A stretch of 64,000 nucleotides of DNA from Cyanophora paradoxa CCMP329 (taxonomy: Eukaryota; Plantae; Glaucophyta). The DNA is taken from contig QPMI01000415.1 of the NCBI GenBank assembly GCA_004431415.1, forward strand, positions 1 to 64,000, given 5' to 3'. The notes under the pieces are model-generated. The model was not told the origin of the DNA and searched no databases. It was given only the letters and a program-made list of their open reading frames with translations. Positions 11,727 through 20,979 of the stretch are shown here, piece by piece (the stretch's first letter is position 1; each line of letters begins with the position of its first letter). The translations under genes were made by a program, and so were the position numbers.

Positions 11727-12119
11727 TTATGAAATTGGGAACCTTTGCTCGACCTGTAAGTCCCACTTTCGAACTTTCAGCCTTTCCTGTATGAGATTGT
11801 TAATGTCCCGTGCTATACCCATCGTCTTTGCTTCGGCATTTGAGCCGCATGTAAAGATATCGATCGCTAATAGCCCCTGGTCGCTATAAGAGTGAGCTGT
11901 GGCATGCGACTCATCTAATAGAAAGCCAATCGCGAAACCGGGAGGGGAAATAGAGCCATCGAAAATGCAAGTGTGCTGGTGCACGATGCGCATATTGCGA
12001 TCTGTGATATATTGCGATAGGTTCGCTGTGATCCACTCGGCGCATGCCTCCGGGGACTCGGTGAACGGGTCGGTTATATAGTCGAGCATTACGTGGTAGC
12101 CGCGGTATCGGGAATCCAT
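11727..12119 (-). CDS. speD: S-adenosylmethionine decarboxylase-family (pyruvoyl, prokaryotic class 1) proenzyme
   Basis: GYHVMLD, LLDESHATAHSY self-cleavage motif and AIDIFTCG; 130 aa. Confidence 0.88.
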   Translation of the reverse strand: MDSRYRGYHVMLDYITDPFTESPEACAEWITANLSQYITDRNMRIVHQHTCIFDGSISPPGFAIGFLLDESHATAHSYSDQGLLAIDIFTCGSNAEAKTMGIARDINNLIQERLKVRKWDLQVEQRFPIS

Positions 12120-12150
12120 TATTAATTATTTAACAAATATTTTAATTACT

Positions 12151-12960
12151 CTATTTTTCACCAAGTTCATAGTTAGTCATTATGATGTGGTCCCTTTTTC
12201 GTTTTGTTATACCATACACTTTGCCATACGTATGGCGAATATAGGGTTTAAATAGTAGTTTCATTAAAAGAGCATCATTTACAACCATCATAACCTTGCA
12301 TTTCGCTGTCTTAAATAGGTCTTCCAAATCCAAAAAGAAGGTTTCTAAATCGAATTCTACATTTTCGTAAAAGTCATTATTGCTGTTTACGTATGGAGGA
12401 TCGAGAAATATAAAAGCCGCTTCATCATCTCTATATTTGGCTACAATATCGCGAAAATCCCCATGGGATAGGTTGACTTCTTTTATGAAATCATCGTAAG
12501 GTATCTTATTTTTAAGAGTTGTATATGGACTCACCTTTACGTTTCGTTTTTTGAAATCACGGAGGGTTTTAACATTTAAAATGCTGTTTTTAAGAAGATA
12601 GAAATGGTGAGCTAAGTAATCCATTGCATCTTTACGATCATGTTGTAGAAACTTCTTATAGACTTCTTTGTGCTCTTCTATATTGCTAACTGCTTCGAAC
12701 TGTTTAAGACTCTCTAAGAGTTTAACTTTATTGTCTGGGTCTTTCATTGTATTCAAAAAAAGGGTATGGGTTTCGTCGTTATCATTCATATAATAATCAA
12801 ACCGGTCTTTATGCTTTTCCCAAAGATAGAAACTACAAGCACCTGAACCACAAAACGGTTCTATAACTTTATTAATTCCTTCTAAATCGATATATGGATA
12901 GATCGTTTCCATTTCATTATACTTGTTGCCGGTATATTTATGGTAAAAGTGAGTCTTCAT
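12151..12960 (-). CDS. N6-adenine DNA methyltransferase (Dam/D12-like)
   Basis: YTGNK, IEPFCGSGA (motif I), MNDND and FIFLDPPY (motif IV) in alpha-class order. Confidence 0.88.
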   Translation of the reverse strand: MKTHFYHKYTGNKYNEMETIYPYIDLEGINKVIEPFCGSGACSFYLWEKHKDRFDYYMNDNDETHTLFLNTMKDPDNKVKLLESLKQFEAVSNIEEHKEVYKKFLQHDRKDAMDYLAHHFYLLKNSILNVKTLRDFKKRNVKVSPYTTLKNKIPYDDFIKEVNLSHGDFRDIVAKYRDDEAAFIFLDPPYVNSNNDFYENVEFDLETFFLDLEDLFKTAKCKVMMVVNDALLMKLLFKPYIRHTYGKVYGITKRKRDHIIMTNYELGEK

Positions 12961-13091
12961 TTATTATAGGAAGAGAAAAACAATTTATATATGTATCTCG
13001 CATGTTGTTTGCATGTATCTTGCATAGTGGGCGGGGCGCGAGTTTATTTTAACGTGGTCTATCGTCGTACTTTGTCGTAAATATGCTAATC

Positions 13092-13264
13092 GTACATTTC
13101 GACTCGATTGAAGTACATTTCGATTCGTACATTTCGATTGAAGTACATTTCGATTCGTACATTTCGATTGAAGTACATTTCGATTCGTACATTTCGATTG
13201 AAGTACATTTCGATTCGTACATTTCGATTGAAGTACATTTCGATTCGTACATTTCGATTGAAGT
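13092..13264. repeat. 30-bp tandem repeat (5 perfect copies at 13113-13262 plus a partial copy), subterminal in PLV-1
   Basis: Unit gtacatttcgattcgtacatttcgattgaa, itself two gtacatttcgatt subunits. Confidence 0.95.
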
Positions 13265-15373
13265 CGCGAGTGTGTGCAGGTGGGCATTTTTGGCAGCACA
13301 AACTTGCGAACGCAATCGATCTCGTACTTATCATCGTACTCTCTCAGTGGGGTTCACCTCGGTTTTCTTTTTGGATTACTGAAAACAGTCCGGCAACGAT
13401 CGGGAACATTTCGTAATAATGGGGTCTTACTGTGCCTTACTGAGAGATCGGGGGACGGGATTATGGCTTACTGAGAATGGTAAGGGATCGGAGAGAAGAT
13501 GAAATGTAGATTTTCGTGATTGGTTTCAGTAAGGAGGGGTTAGATGTTTGAAAAATACAGTGTGGCTCAGTGCGAATTACAGCGATTTTATTAATTTGTG
13601 ACTGAGAATAAAGAATGTTTTATACTTGCTCACTGAAATAGGTCGGCGGGAATTAGTGGGGTTCACCTGCAAGCGAGCCGCGCGGAAGTGTGTGTGTATA
13701 TATATATATATATACAGATCTAGATCTAGACGCGTATATATATATACGTGCGTATACGTATATACGCATACTAGTACGTAACCCGGGCCATAGCCTAGCC
13801 TATAGCTATATAGCTAGTAAGCCTGCAGCTGCAGCTGGAAAGTCGGACCTGGATCTCGCGAAGGCGCGCCGTCCAGAAATCTTCGCTTTGCGGCTCGCCG
13901 CGGCCGGCCGCGGCGGCCGCTACAGCTAGCGCGTACGCGTCCGACAGCGCAGCTGCAGCCATATGCATGGTCCCGATCCGACGGTCGTCGCTGGAATTCT
14001 GTCAGCTGCAGGCTGGGCGCGAGCCGGCCGCGGGCGCTGCGCATGCGCATGCGCTCGCGTACGTATACGTTAACGTTTGTGCCGTGCACGTGCTCAGAAT
14101 CCGATGATCGCACGCAGGCTGACGCAGCTAGTCCATGCACTAGTACTGATCATGAGCCTGATGCAGGAGGCGCGCGTACCAGAATATTAATGGCGAGAAA
14201 GCTGAAAGCTTAAAGCTTAAAGCTTGCCAAGTTGAAGTTCCCGCTACGTACAGCCGCTGAGCAGCTGAGCTGAGCTGCAGCTACGTATACGTACGCGTCT
14301 ACCAGCTGCAGCTGCCAGGCTGCCAGGCTGCAGTAGCGTCGCGTATATAGCCTAGTAGCCTAGTAGGCCTGACCGCGCGGCGGGCCGCGGCGCCGCGGCG
14401 CCCTGCCGCAGTGCAGCTGCTGCAGTGCGCAGCCGCAATTGCAAGTTGCCGCAAGTTGCGCACATGCCACGATGCCGCAGTGCGGATGCGCAGCCGCAAT
14501 TGCAAGTAGCTCAGCGGCTGCAGTCTGCAGGCTATATATTGCAGCCATGGCCAAAGTTGCACTGCAGCCTACTAGGCTAACTTGCACTGCGGCAGCCGGC
14601 TGCCCGGGCCAGCCTGGCAGCATCGCAATTGCCGTTAAAATGGCCCGTTCTACGTTTGCCAGCATTGCCAGGCAATTTGCCAAGTTGGCATTGTTAGCAA
14701 TGCCTGCGTTGCCACTGCTTGCCTAGCCTTGCCAAAAGTTGCCATGCCAGACTGTCGCTAAGTCACAGGCTCAGGAAAAAAAACTGTTCATATGCGGCGA
14801 TCGCGATCGCGATCGCGATGAATCGACACCGGATCCGGATCAACTTTAGTAACCGTTGTAACCGCCGCGGCGCCGGACTCTTCGTTACCGGAGTCGAGTT
14901 AACCCTACGTACTGGTATACCAGTATACCAGTACTACGTCGACTCTACTAGGCTACGACGGGCCTAGGCGTATGGTCTGCATCAGACTGCATGGTGCCGA
15001 ATTATTGAATCACTAGCCTATAGCTAGTAGTAGTAGGGTTACCGGGCCGAAATTTCGGCCGGCCGAAATTTCCGAAAGATTCGAAATTTTGGCGAAATTT
15101 CGGCACCCTCCGATCCGAATTTCCGAAATATAATATATATGATTAAAAAATTCACGTTTATGGCAGAAAATACCCCCTGCGAAAAAGTCACGCACCGGGG
15201 TTAAAAAACGGCTTCACGTGCTGTTCGAAAAAGCACGAAAAGCACGAAAAAGCCATGTGCGCGTCACAGCGCGTGCTCACCGGCGTCACCGCGGACTCGG
15301 CGCGGAGTCGGTGCAGACTGCAGTGCTGCCGACGGCGCGACGCCTATAGCTACCGTGCTTCTGCAGAAGAAAG

Positions 15374-15753
15374 TTGAGAAACGCTAAAGACTGGCTGTTT
15401 CCAGATTTTGGTGATTCTTGTCTTCGCATTCAACATTTGAAGGCCGTGTTTGAACTCCGAGCAGATCACATAGACGATGAATATCGCAAGAAGACGAGAC
15501 CTCATGAATGGTGGGGTGGTTGGATGGAAGACCTCCCGGCCCATAACAAGCATCTCCCTCCCGGCGGGAACTGGAACGCTGCCACTCGTCAGAAAGCTGT
15601 CGAAGCTCTCTGCGATTTGGCTATCAAGATTACATCGGTTCGTTCAACATATGCATGCACCAATTATAACATTAATATTCATTGCATCGATCGCAGATTC
15701 CAATGTCGTCAGCTCTCAGCGAGCGCACCTTCTCTGCATTTGGATACATCCAC
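15374..15753 (+). pseudogene. hAT transposase C-terminal remnant, part before the PLV-2 insertion
   Basis: ..LAIKITS, GT-AG intron 15638-15696, then IPMSSALSERTFSAFGYIH, which is cut at the TSD. Confidence 0.82.
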
Positions 15754-16646
15754 ACACATATTGAAAAACGAATTTAAATCCCTCGTTCATCTCGATCGCT
15801 TCGCGATCTCGATTCACTCTGGATTTAAATTCGTTTTTCAATATGTGTAAATTTAATACTAAAATACATATTTTTCGATTAATTTCTTTAACTTTTTATG
15901 CAAACTTTGTATAAAATAATGCAAACTTTGTATTAAAAAATGAAAACGCGTTTACCAAAATGCATATTTTCGATTTAACTTCGATAGATTCAATTGATCT
16001 TATATCGATTGATAATGTTCTTCGTTGTTTACATATAAATCTGCGATAGAGTAACATTAAACTACTTAAAGAACGAAATAATCACGATTAAATTGTATAA
16101 ATTCGCATAAACTCGATATATCTCATCGGTATTGAAGTAGACCACCGCCCATTCTGTATCGAAAAACGCAAAAAGTGTCACAGAGTTGCATTATGTCCAA
16201 TTAAACAATCGATGAGATCGCTGATGTACATTTTTGCACCGAAAAAGTGTCACAGAGTTGCATTATGTCCAATTAAACAATCGATGAGATCGCTGATGTA
16301 CATTTTTGCACCGAAAAAGTGTCACAGAGTTGCATTATGTCCAATTAAACAATTGAGGAGATTGCGCGATTTTCTATTGGAATATATCGGAACTGCATCA
16401 CGTCCAATTAAACAATCGATGAGATTGCGGATTCACATTTTTTGCACCGAAAAAGTGTCACAGAGTTGCATGGTCTCCAATTGATCAATCGATTAGATTG
16501 CAGATGTTCTATAAAACAGAATAAATGAAATCAAGTGTGACAGATAGTATTCAAATGATATTCAGTAAGATATATTTCTGTTTTTGAGAAGAGTAGTAAG
16601 GGGGGCAGAATGTCTGTGACGCCTGTGACGGCTGTGACGCCTGTTT
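15754..16646 (+). repeat. Left terminal inverted repeat of PLV-2
   Basis: Reverse complement of 40997-41889; one mismatch noticed (atcAcg vs atcGcg near 16084). Confidence 0.95.
16171..16500. repeat. 72-bp tandem repeat inside the TIR (about 2.5 perfect copies plus degenerate ones; mirrored at ~41145-41470)
   Basis: gtgtcacagagttgcattatgtccaattaaacaa recurs at 16175, 16247 and 16319. Confidence 0.92.
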
Positions 16647-17050
16647 TCAGAAGTCTGTCATTTTTGAAAATTTTAAAAAGTTTGAAAATAGGCGTCACAG
16701 GCGTCACAGGCGTCACACTCAATTAATTTAGGTGTCACAGCGAAATTGCAGACCATTTCCAGTTAGACAACTTCGCATTTTCGAAAAGGTGGATTAATGG
16801 ATAGTGTTTTGTAGGTGTCAGAGGTGTCACAAGACGGATTTCAGTAAGACAAGAATATATTTTTGAATATCTCAGTAAGAGAGATAGATTCCATTTTTAA
16901 TTGGGTGTGACGCCTGTGACGGCTGTGACGGCTGTTTTCAGAAGTCTGTCATTTTTGAAAATTTTAGAAAGTTTGAAAGTAGGCGTCACAGGCGTCACAG
17001 GCGTCACAGTCAATTAAAGAGGCGTCACAGTCAATTAAATAGGTGTCACA
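16615..17050. promoter_or_regulatory. Two copies of an inverted iteron cassette (3x9-mer, AT-rich spacer, 3x9-mer inverted); candidate origin or binding site
   Basis: (tgtgacgcc)3..ttttgaaaattttaaaaagtttgaaa..(ggcgtcaca)3 at 16615-16717 and 16906-17007. Confidence 0.6.
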
Positions 17051-17099
17051 AGACGGATTTCAGTAAGACCATCTGAAATTCTGAATTTCTCAGTGTCAA

Positions 17100-17501
17100 C
17101 TAACTCGGAAATCGCAATACTCTATGTTTCTCCGATTTCTCCAACCCTGAAAACACACCTGTTATTCTCTCATCTATCTCATGAGATACTCTCGTGGTTT
17201 TTCTCTCTGCTTCTAAACCACAACTGAATATATCAATCGCCAACATACCTTCATTTGAGTAACAATGAGCAGTGCAATGGCTCTCATCCAGCAGAAGAAC
17301 CATTGCAAAACCAGGAGGAGAAATACCACCATCGAAAATCTCGCAATGCTTGTGAACTACTCGAATACCTTGCTCTTGAATAATAGTTTGTAAGAACTGC
17401 ATTAACCACCGGGTTGTTGTCTCCAAGTTTTCCACTCCTACTGCTAATTGGGTTCTGAATTTGTAATCCAGCATCACATGGAAACCTCGATGAGTATTCA
17501 T
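17100..17501 (-). CDS. speD: S-adenosylmethionine decarboxylase-family proenzyme
   Basis: GFHVMLD, LLDESHCTAHCY and AIDIFSCG; homologue of 11727-12119 (shared IFDG.ISPPGFA). Confidence 0.88.
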   Translation of the reverse strand: MNTHRGFHVMLDYKFRTQLAVGVENLETTTRWLMQFLQTIIQEQGIRVVHKHCEIFDGGISPPGFAMVLLLDESHCTAHCYSNEGMLAIDIFSCGLEAERKTTRVSHEIDERITGVFSGLEKSEKHRVLRFPS

Positions 17502-17687
17502 TTATGAATAATTTAGAAAAATTAAAAACGCGATTGGTAGAATGCGAACCATCTTAGCAAGAGTGCTACCTTATGAGTTGGTGGATATCATTCTGTTGCA
17601 CTACCACAAGACCTGTCCAAACTGTTTTGATACATGCATAATCACAAAGGGAAAATGGGGCAAGATCCTCATCTCTCTCTCAAAGAT

Positions 17688-17960
17688 CTAATCAAAGTAC
17701 AGTACCACTGGTTTATCATCTATCACAATTCCTGATGTCGTCTTTTTTCTATATGCATGAGAGGATTTCTTGTTGCACTCTCTGCATCCACTTCCCCTTA
17801 CATGATTAAATGGGTAGGTTTGCAGGATCTTGTTGCATTTGAGGCATCTAACAGAGACCTTCTCTTGTGCTTTCTTATAGACTGTCTCACTATAATCGAA
17901 TTTAGCATCACCATGAACCATCATTGCAGATTCTATGAATTTCTTTGTTTTATCATCCAT
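17688..17960 (-). CDS. Small Zn-ribbon protein (DUF723-like module found in viral endonucleases)
   Basis: FIESAMMVHGDAKFDYSETVY..VSVRCLKC..HVRGSGCREC. Confidence 0.65.
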   Translation of the reverse strand: MDDKTKKFIESAMMVHGDAKFDYSETVYKKAQEKVSVRCLKCNKILQTYPFNHVRGSGCRECNKKSSHAYRKKTTSGIVIDDKPVVLYFD

Positions 17961-17987
17961 CCCTCTCTCTATATATACCTGAGATTT

Positions 17988-18818
17988 CTATGGAGCAGTA
18001 TCCTGCCCGAAAATGGGGAAGTAGCGATTTGTGCCGTAATATTCTGCATATGTATTCTGTTTTGCAATAGCATCGGTTCTCTCAGCATAGAGAATGCATT
18101 TGTAGATACCAAACCTGGTGGCTCTCACCAAGAACTGGTAATCTTCAAGACCGAAATTCACTCCATGATAAGCAATTCCGAAATTGTCATATGGGGTGAT
18201 CACAACTGCAATATTTGGGGTTCCACCCTCTACTTGACAGACAGCATAAACATCTGGTGGAATATCGACAACCACCTTGTAGTGGTCACCAATCTCAACA
18301 AGAGAATCAACTACTGATGTCTGCTCATTCACAACAATTGGGAAGATCTTGATAATATATGGTGCATTCATACTGGGGACATAGGTGCGAATTCTGGTGT
18401 TGGGATCAATGGGATTGGGTTGATCATTTACGAAAAGAGGTGCACCAACAGCTCCACCAATCCGAAGACCATCACCAATATATGCTCCCCCCGTTTTGCA
18501 GTTAATAGCTCCCGACCGAGATTCAAAAGAGTAAGTAGAAAGAGGATCACCATAACTGTCTGGGTCTCCATAATGGGCAGAAAAGTTTGCATTTGTGACA
18601 AGGAGTTTCGTTGTCTTAACTATACCATTATTTTTATCACATCTGAGTTCCTGCAATCTCAGTTTATGGGTTGAACCAAAGGTATTCATGGTAGGTTGTA
18701 CTTCTGTCGATTGGAGACCTTCTACATCATCAAAGGTAGCATGCTGCAAAACGTGATTTGCAGGTGCTGCTAATGATAGTTGGGGTGTAATAATTCGTTC
18801 TGGTATTGGGGCAGCCAT
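17988..18818 (-). CDS. Putative virion fibre/spike paralogue 3 (shared N-terminal domain)
   Basis: N-terminal LSLAAPANHVLQH..STE..LRLQELRCDKNNGIVKTTKLLV is shared with the two adjacent ORFs. Confidence 0.6.
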   Translation of the reverse strand: MAAPIPERIITPQLSLAAPANHVLQHATFDDVEGLQSTEVQPTMNTFGSTHKLRLQELRCDKNNGIVKTTKLLVTNANFSAHYGDPDSYGDPLSTYSFESRSGAINCKTGGAYIGDGLRIGGAVGAPLFVNDQPNPIDPNTRIRTYVPSMNAPYIIKIFPIVVNEQTSVVDSLVEIGDHYKVVVDIPPDVYAVCQVEGGTPNIAVVITPYDNFGIAYHGVNFGLEDYQFLVRATRFGIYKCILYAERTDAIAKQNTYAEYYGTNRYFPIFGQDTAP

Positions 18819-18841
18819 TTTACATTAAAGTGATATATAAT

Positions 18842-19696
18842 TTATGGGGTTGGGTCATCAATCACATCTGGTTCCTGGTAAAACCCTGTTGTGAAGATAT
18901 CTGCAACGTTTACCCCTCGAAGTGCCGAAACAGCTGCTATATCTGTTCTCAGTCCCATAATCATAGTATTGTAAACTCCAACCTCAGTGACAAACAAATC
19001 ATAAGTAAATGTCAGATTGTTATAAACACAATATCCCCGACCGAAATGATTTGATGCTTGAACAAAGAATAGGTAATTGTGACCCTGTTGGTTATTATTT
19101 GCTCTGCACATTGAGAGCATTGCTGTGGGAAGAGGAATATTCCTTCTCACTCGATCAGTTCCTGTAATGGAAACCAATTCTGAATTTTCAAGAGTGACAG
19201 ATGATGCAATATAGAAATGCAGAAAAGGTTGCTGTGCAACTGGGGTATAGAACCGAATTCGTTGTGGGTTCTCCACATTTTGTTCAAGAGTATCTGGGAC
19301 ATCATTATACGAAATCGATGAAGAAAGTTGACCTGAAACTCGACAACCACCACCAATAAATGCTCCACCTGAACGAATTGTAGCAGCAGCAGAATTCTTA
19401 TCGAAATCGAGGGCTTTCAGATCAACACTGTAAGCATCAGGACCTCCATTAGTAGGTTGGAAGAAGTTAGCATTTGAGACAAGGAGTCGAGTTGTTTTAA
19501 CCACACCAGAATTCTTGTCTGCTCTCAGTTCTTTTACTCGAATAATCGAGTTTTTATCAAATGAGTTACCATTAGAATTGGGTCTCTCTGTTGATTCTAA
19601 ACCACGAACCTCATCATTAACTTCATGCTGGCGAAAGTGCATTGCTGGGGATCCAAGGGAATATATGGGCAGTTGAACTCGATTATATTCACCCAT
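18842..19696 (-). CDS. Putative virion fibre/spike paralogue 2
   Basis: YSLGSPAMHFRQH..STE..IRVKELRADKNSGVVKTTRLLVSNANF. Confidence 0.6.
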   Translation of the reverse strand: MGEYNRVQLPIYSLGSPAMHFRQHEVNDEVRGLESTERPNSNGNSFDKNSIIRVKELRADKNSGVVKTTRLLVSNANFFQPTNGGPDAYSVDLKALDFDKNSAAATIRSGGAFIGGGCRVSGQLSSSISYNDVPDTLEQNVENPQRIRFYTPVAQQPFLHFYIASSVTLENSELVSITGTDRVRRNIPLPTAMLSMCRANNNQQGHNYLFFVQASNHFGRGYCVYNNLTFTYDLFVTEVGVYNTMIMGLRTDIAAVSALRGVNVADIFTTGFYQEPDVIDDPTP

Positions 19697-19813
19697 TGCT
19701 TCTTTTACTAAGAAGGAAAGAAAAATAAACGACTTTCAAGAAGGACATGCAAGATACATGCCTTTCTTATGCATGATCTATGAAAAATAACAATACGATC
19801 TGCAAAAGGGCTC

Positions 19814-20959
19814 TTAGATGTTTGAGCTCCCCATCAATGAAGCTACTTGGGCTTTCAGAGTTTGCATCTCTTGTGTGAGTTCTTGAATTGCTTTGAGAGA
19901 TATGGAAATAAGTCTGTCATAGTTGATTCCCAAGTATCCATTGCTGTTTTCAAATACAAGATTAGGTAAAACTTCTCTTACCTCCTGTGCAATGAGACCA
20001 TAATCAATGTTCGACCCACATTTTGCTGTGTCTTTCCAATGAAAAGAAACAGGTTTTAATTGCGATACTACTGACAGAATGTTTGATAGACCCACAATGT
20101 TTTCTTTTAGACGTTGGTCACTTGATGAGTTTGTAAGGTATCCTTGTGCATCAGAAAATACAGCTCTATTTCCAGAGCCTGTTAGCGATGAAATGATTGC
20201 CTGACCATATATTCCTACTCCAACAGTTCCACATTGAAGTCGGTCAACACCTAAATGCTTCAAAGTAATGCCATTTGTAGCGTCAATTCCGCCATTTGCT
20301 GACAACAGACCTGTGATAGATGTAGATCCTGTTATAGCCACTCCAATAGTTCCTACCAGTATTCGTTCAGTGCCATTATTTTTCAACACGACATTTGCCC
20401 CATTAGGGCAGTTGATTGAACTTGTTTGAATTCCACCATTAGCTGTTAGGAGCCCAGTAAATCCGCCAGTAGATGAAAATGAAGCTGTGGTTCCACTAAC
20501 AGCCCCATAAGAAGTCGCTGTAAGAGTCCCATTAATAGTAGCTCCTGTTGCTGTCATAGTCCCATTTATAGTAGCTCCTGTTGCTGTCACTGTCCCATTC
20601 ACACTCAGTCCAGTCCCAATCCATGCCCCACCACTGTAAACTTGAAAAGCCGCCGAATTCCTATCAGCCGGATTAAAAGCCGTTTTGGAATCCTGTTGAC
20701 CTTCATATAGATTTTCTTTGGTGACCAGCCCCGAAGATATTGCGGGTCGATTAGATACGATCATTTGAGTAGCTTTAACGAGTCCATCAATCTTGTCAGC
20801 TCTGAGTTCTTTGACTCTGAGTATGCTTTGGTCATTAAAAGAATCGGTTTTCGCTGTCTCAGTCGAAGGGTGGCTCGGAGATAAATCATAGACTGTGTGT
20901 TGCACATTGTGGACAGCACTTGCACTCAAAGAAAACACAGGCGTGAATACAGTTGTCAT
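19814..20959 (-). CDS. Fibre/tailspike with C-terminal S74 intramolecular chaperone
   Basis: Shared N-terminal domain (LRVKELRADK); G/T-rich beta repeats (INGTMTATGAT); SSSDQRLKENI..LKPVSFHW..GLIAQEV..INYDRL..AIQEL followed by a coiled coil. Confidence 0.85.
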   Translation of the reverse strand: MTTVFTPVFSLSASAVHNVQHTVYDLSPSHPSTETAKTDSFNDQSILRVKELRADKIDGLVKATQMIVSNRPAISSGLVTKENLYEGQQDSKTAFNPADRNSAAFQVYSGGAWIGTGLSVNGTVTATGATINGTMTATGATINGTLTATSYGAVSGTTASFSSTGGFTGLLTANGGIQTSSINCPNGANVVLKNNGTERILVGTIGVAITGSTSITGLLSANGGIDATNGITLKHLGVDRLQCGTVGVGIYGQAIISSLTGSGNRAVFSDAQGYLTNSSSDQRLKENIVGLSNILSVVSQLKPVSFHWKDTAKCGSNIDYGLIAQEVREVLPNLVFENSNGYLGINYDRLISISLKAIQELTQEMQTLKAQVASLMGSSNI

Positions 20960-20979
20960 CTTTAAATTGCTCTTTATAA

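Larger units (their letters stand above)
1..13697 (+). mobile_element. Endogenous Polinton-like virus PLV-1 (right portion; left end outside window)
   Basis: Intronless gene-dense block with minor capsid, major capsid, A32 ATPase, PolB-SF1 helicase fusion and rve integrase, syntenic with PLV-2. Abrupt switch to GC-rich host-like DNA at ~13.68-13.70 kb. The right boundary is approximate (ends ...gtgtgtgt) and the TSD cannot be checked. Confidence 0.88.

Noticed and set aside
12985-13416. Repetitive ORFs (SIEMYESKCT etc.) and possible CRISPR array
   Set aside because: These are translations of a 30-bp tandem repeat open in several frames; there are no unique spacers and no cas genes.
15034-15040. 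TAGGGTT/AACCCTA resembling telomeric repeat
   Set aside because: Single copies forming hAT TIRs with an 8-bp TSD.
16212-16484. Identical 90-aa ORFs in both TIRs (also 41159-41431)
   Set aside because: By-product of the 72-bp repeat, with no protein features.
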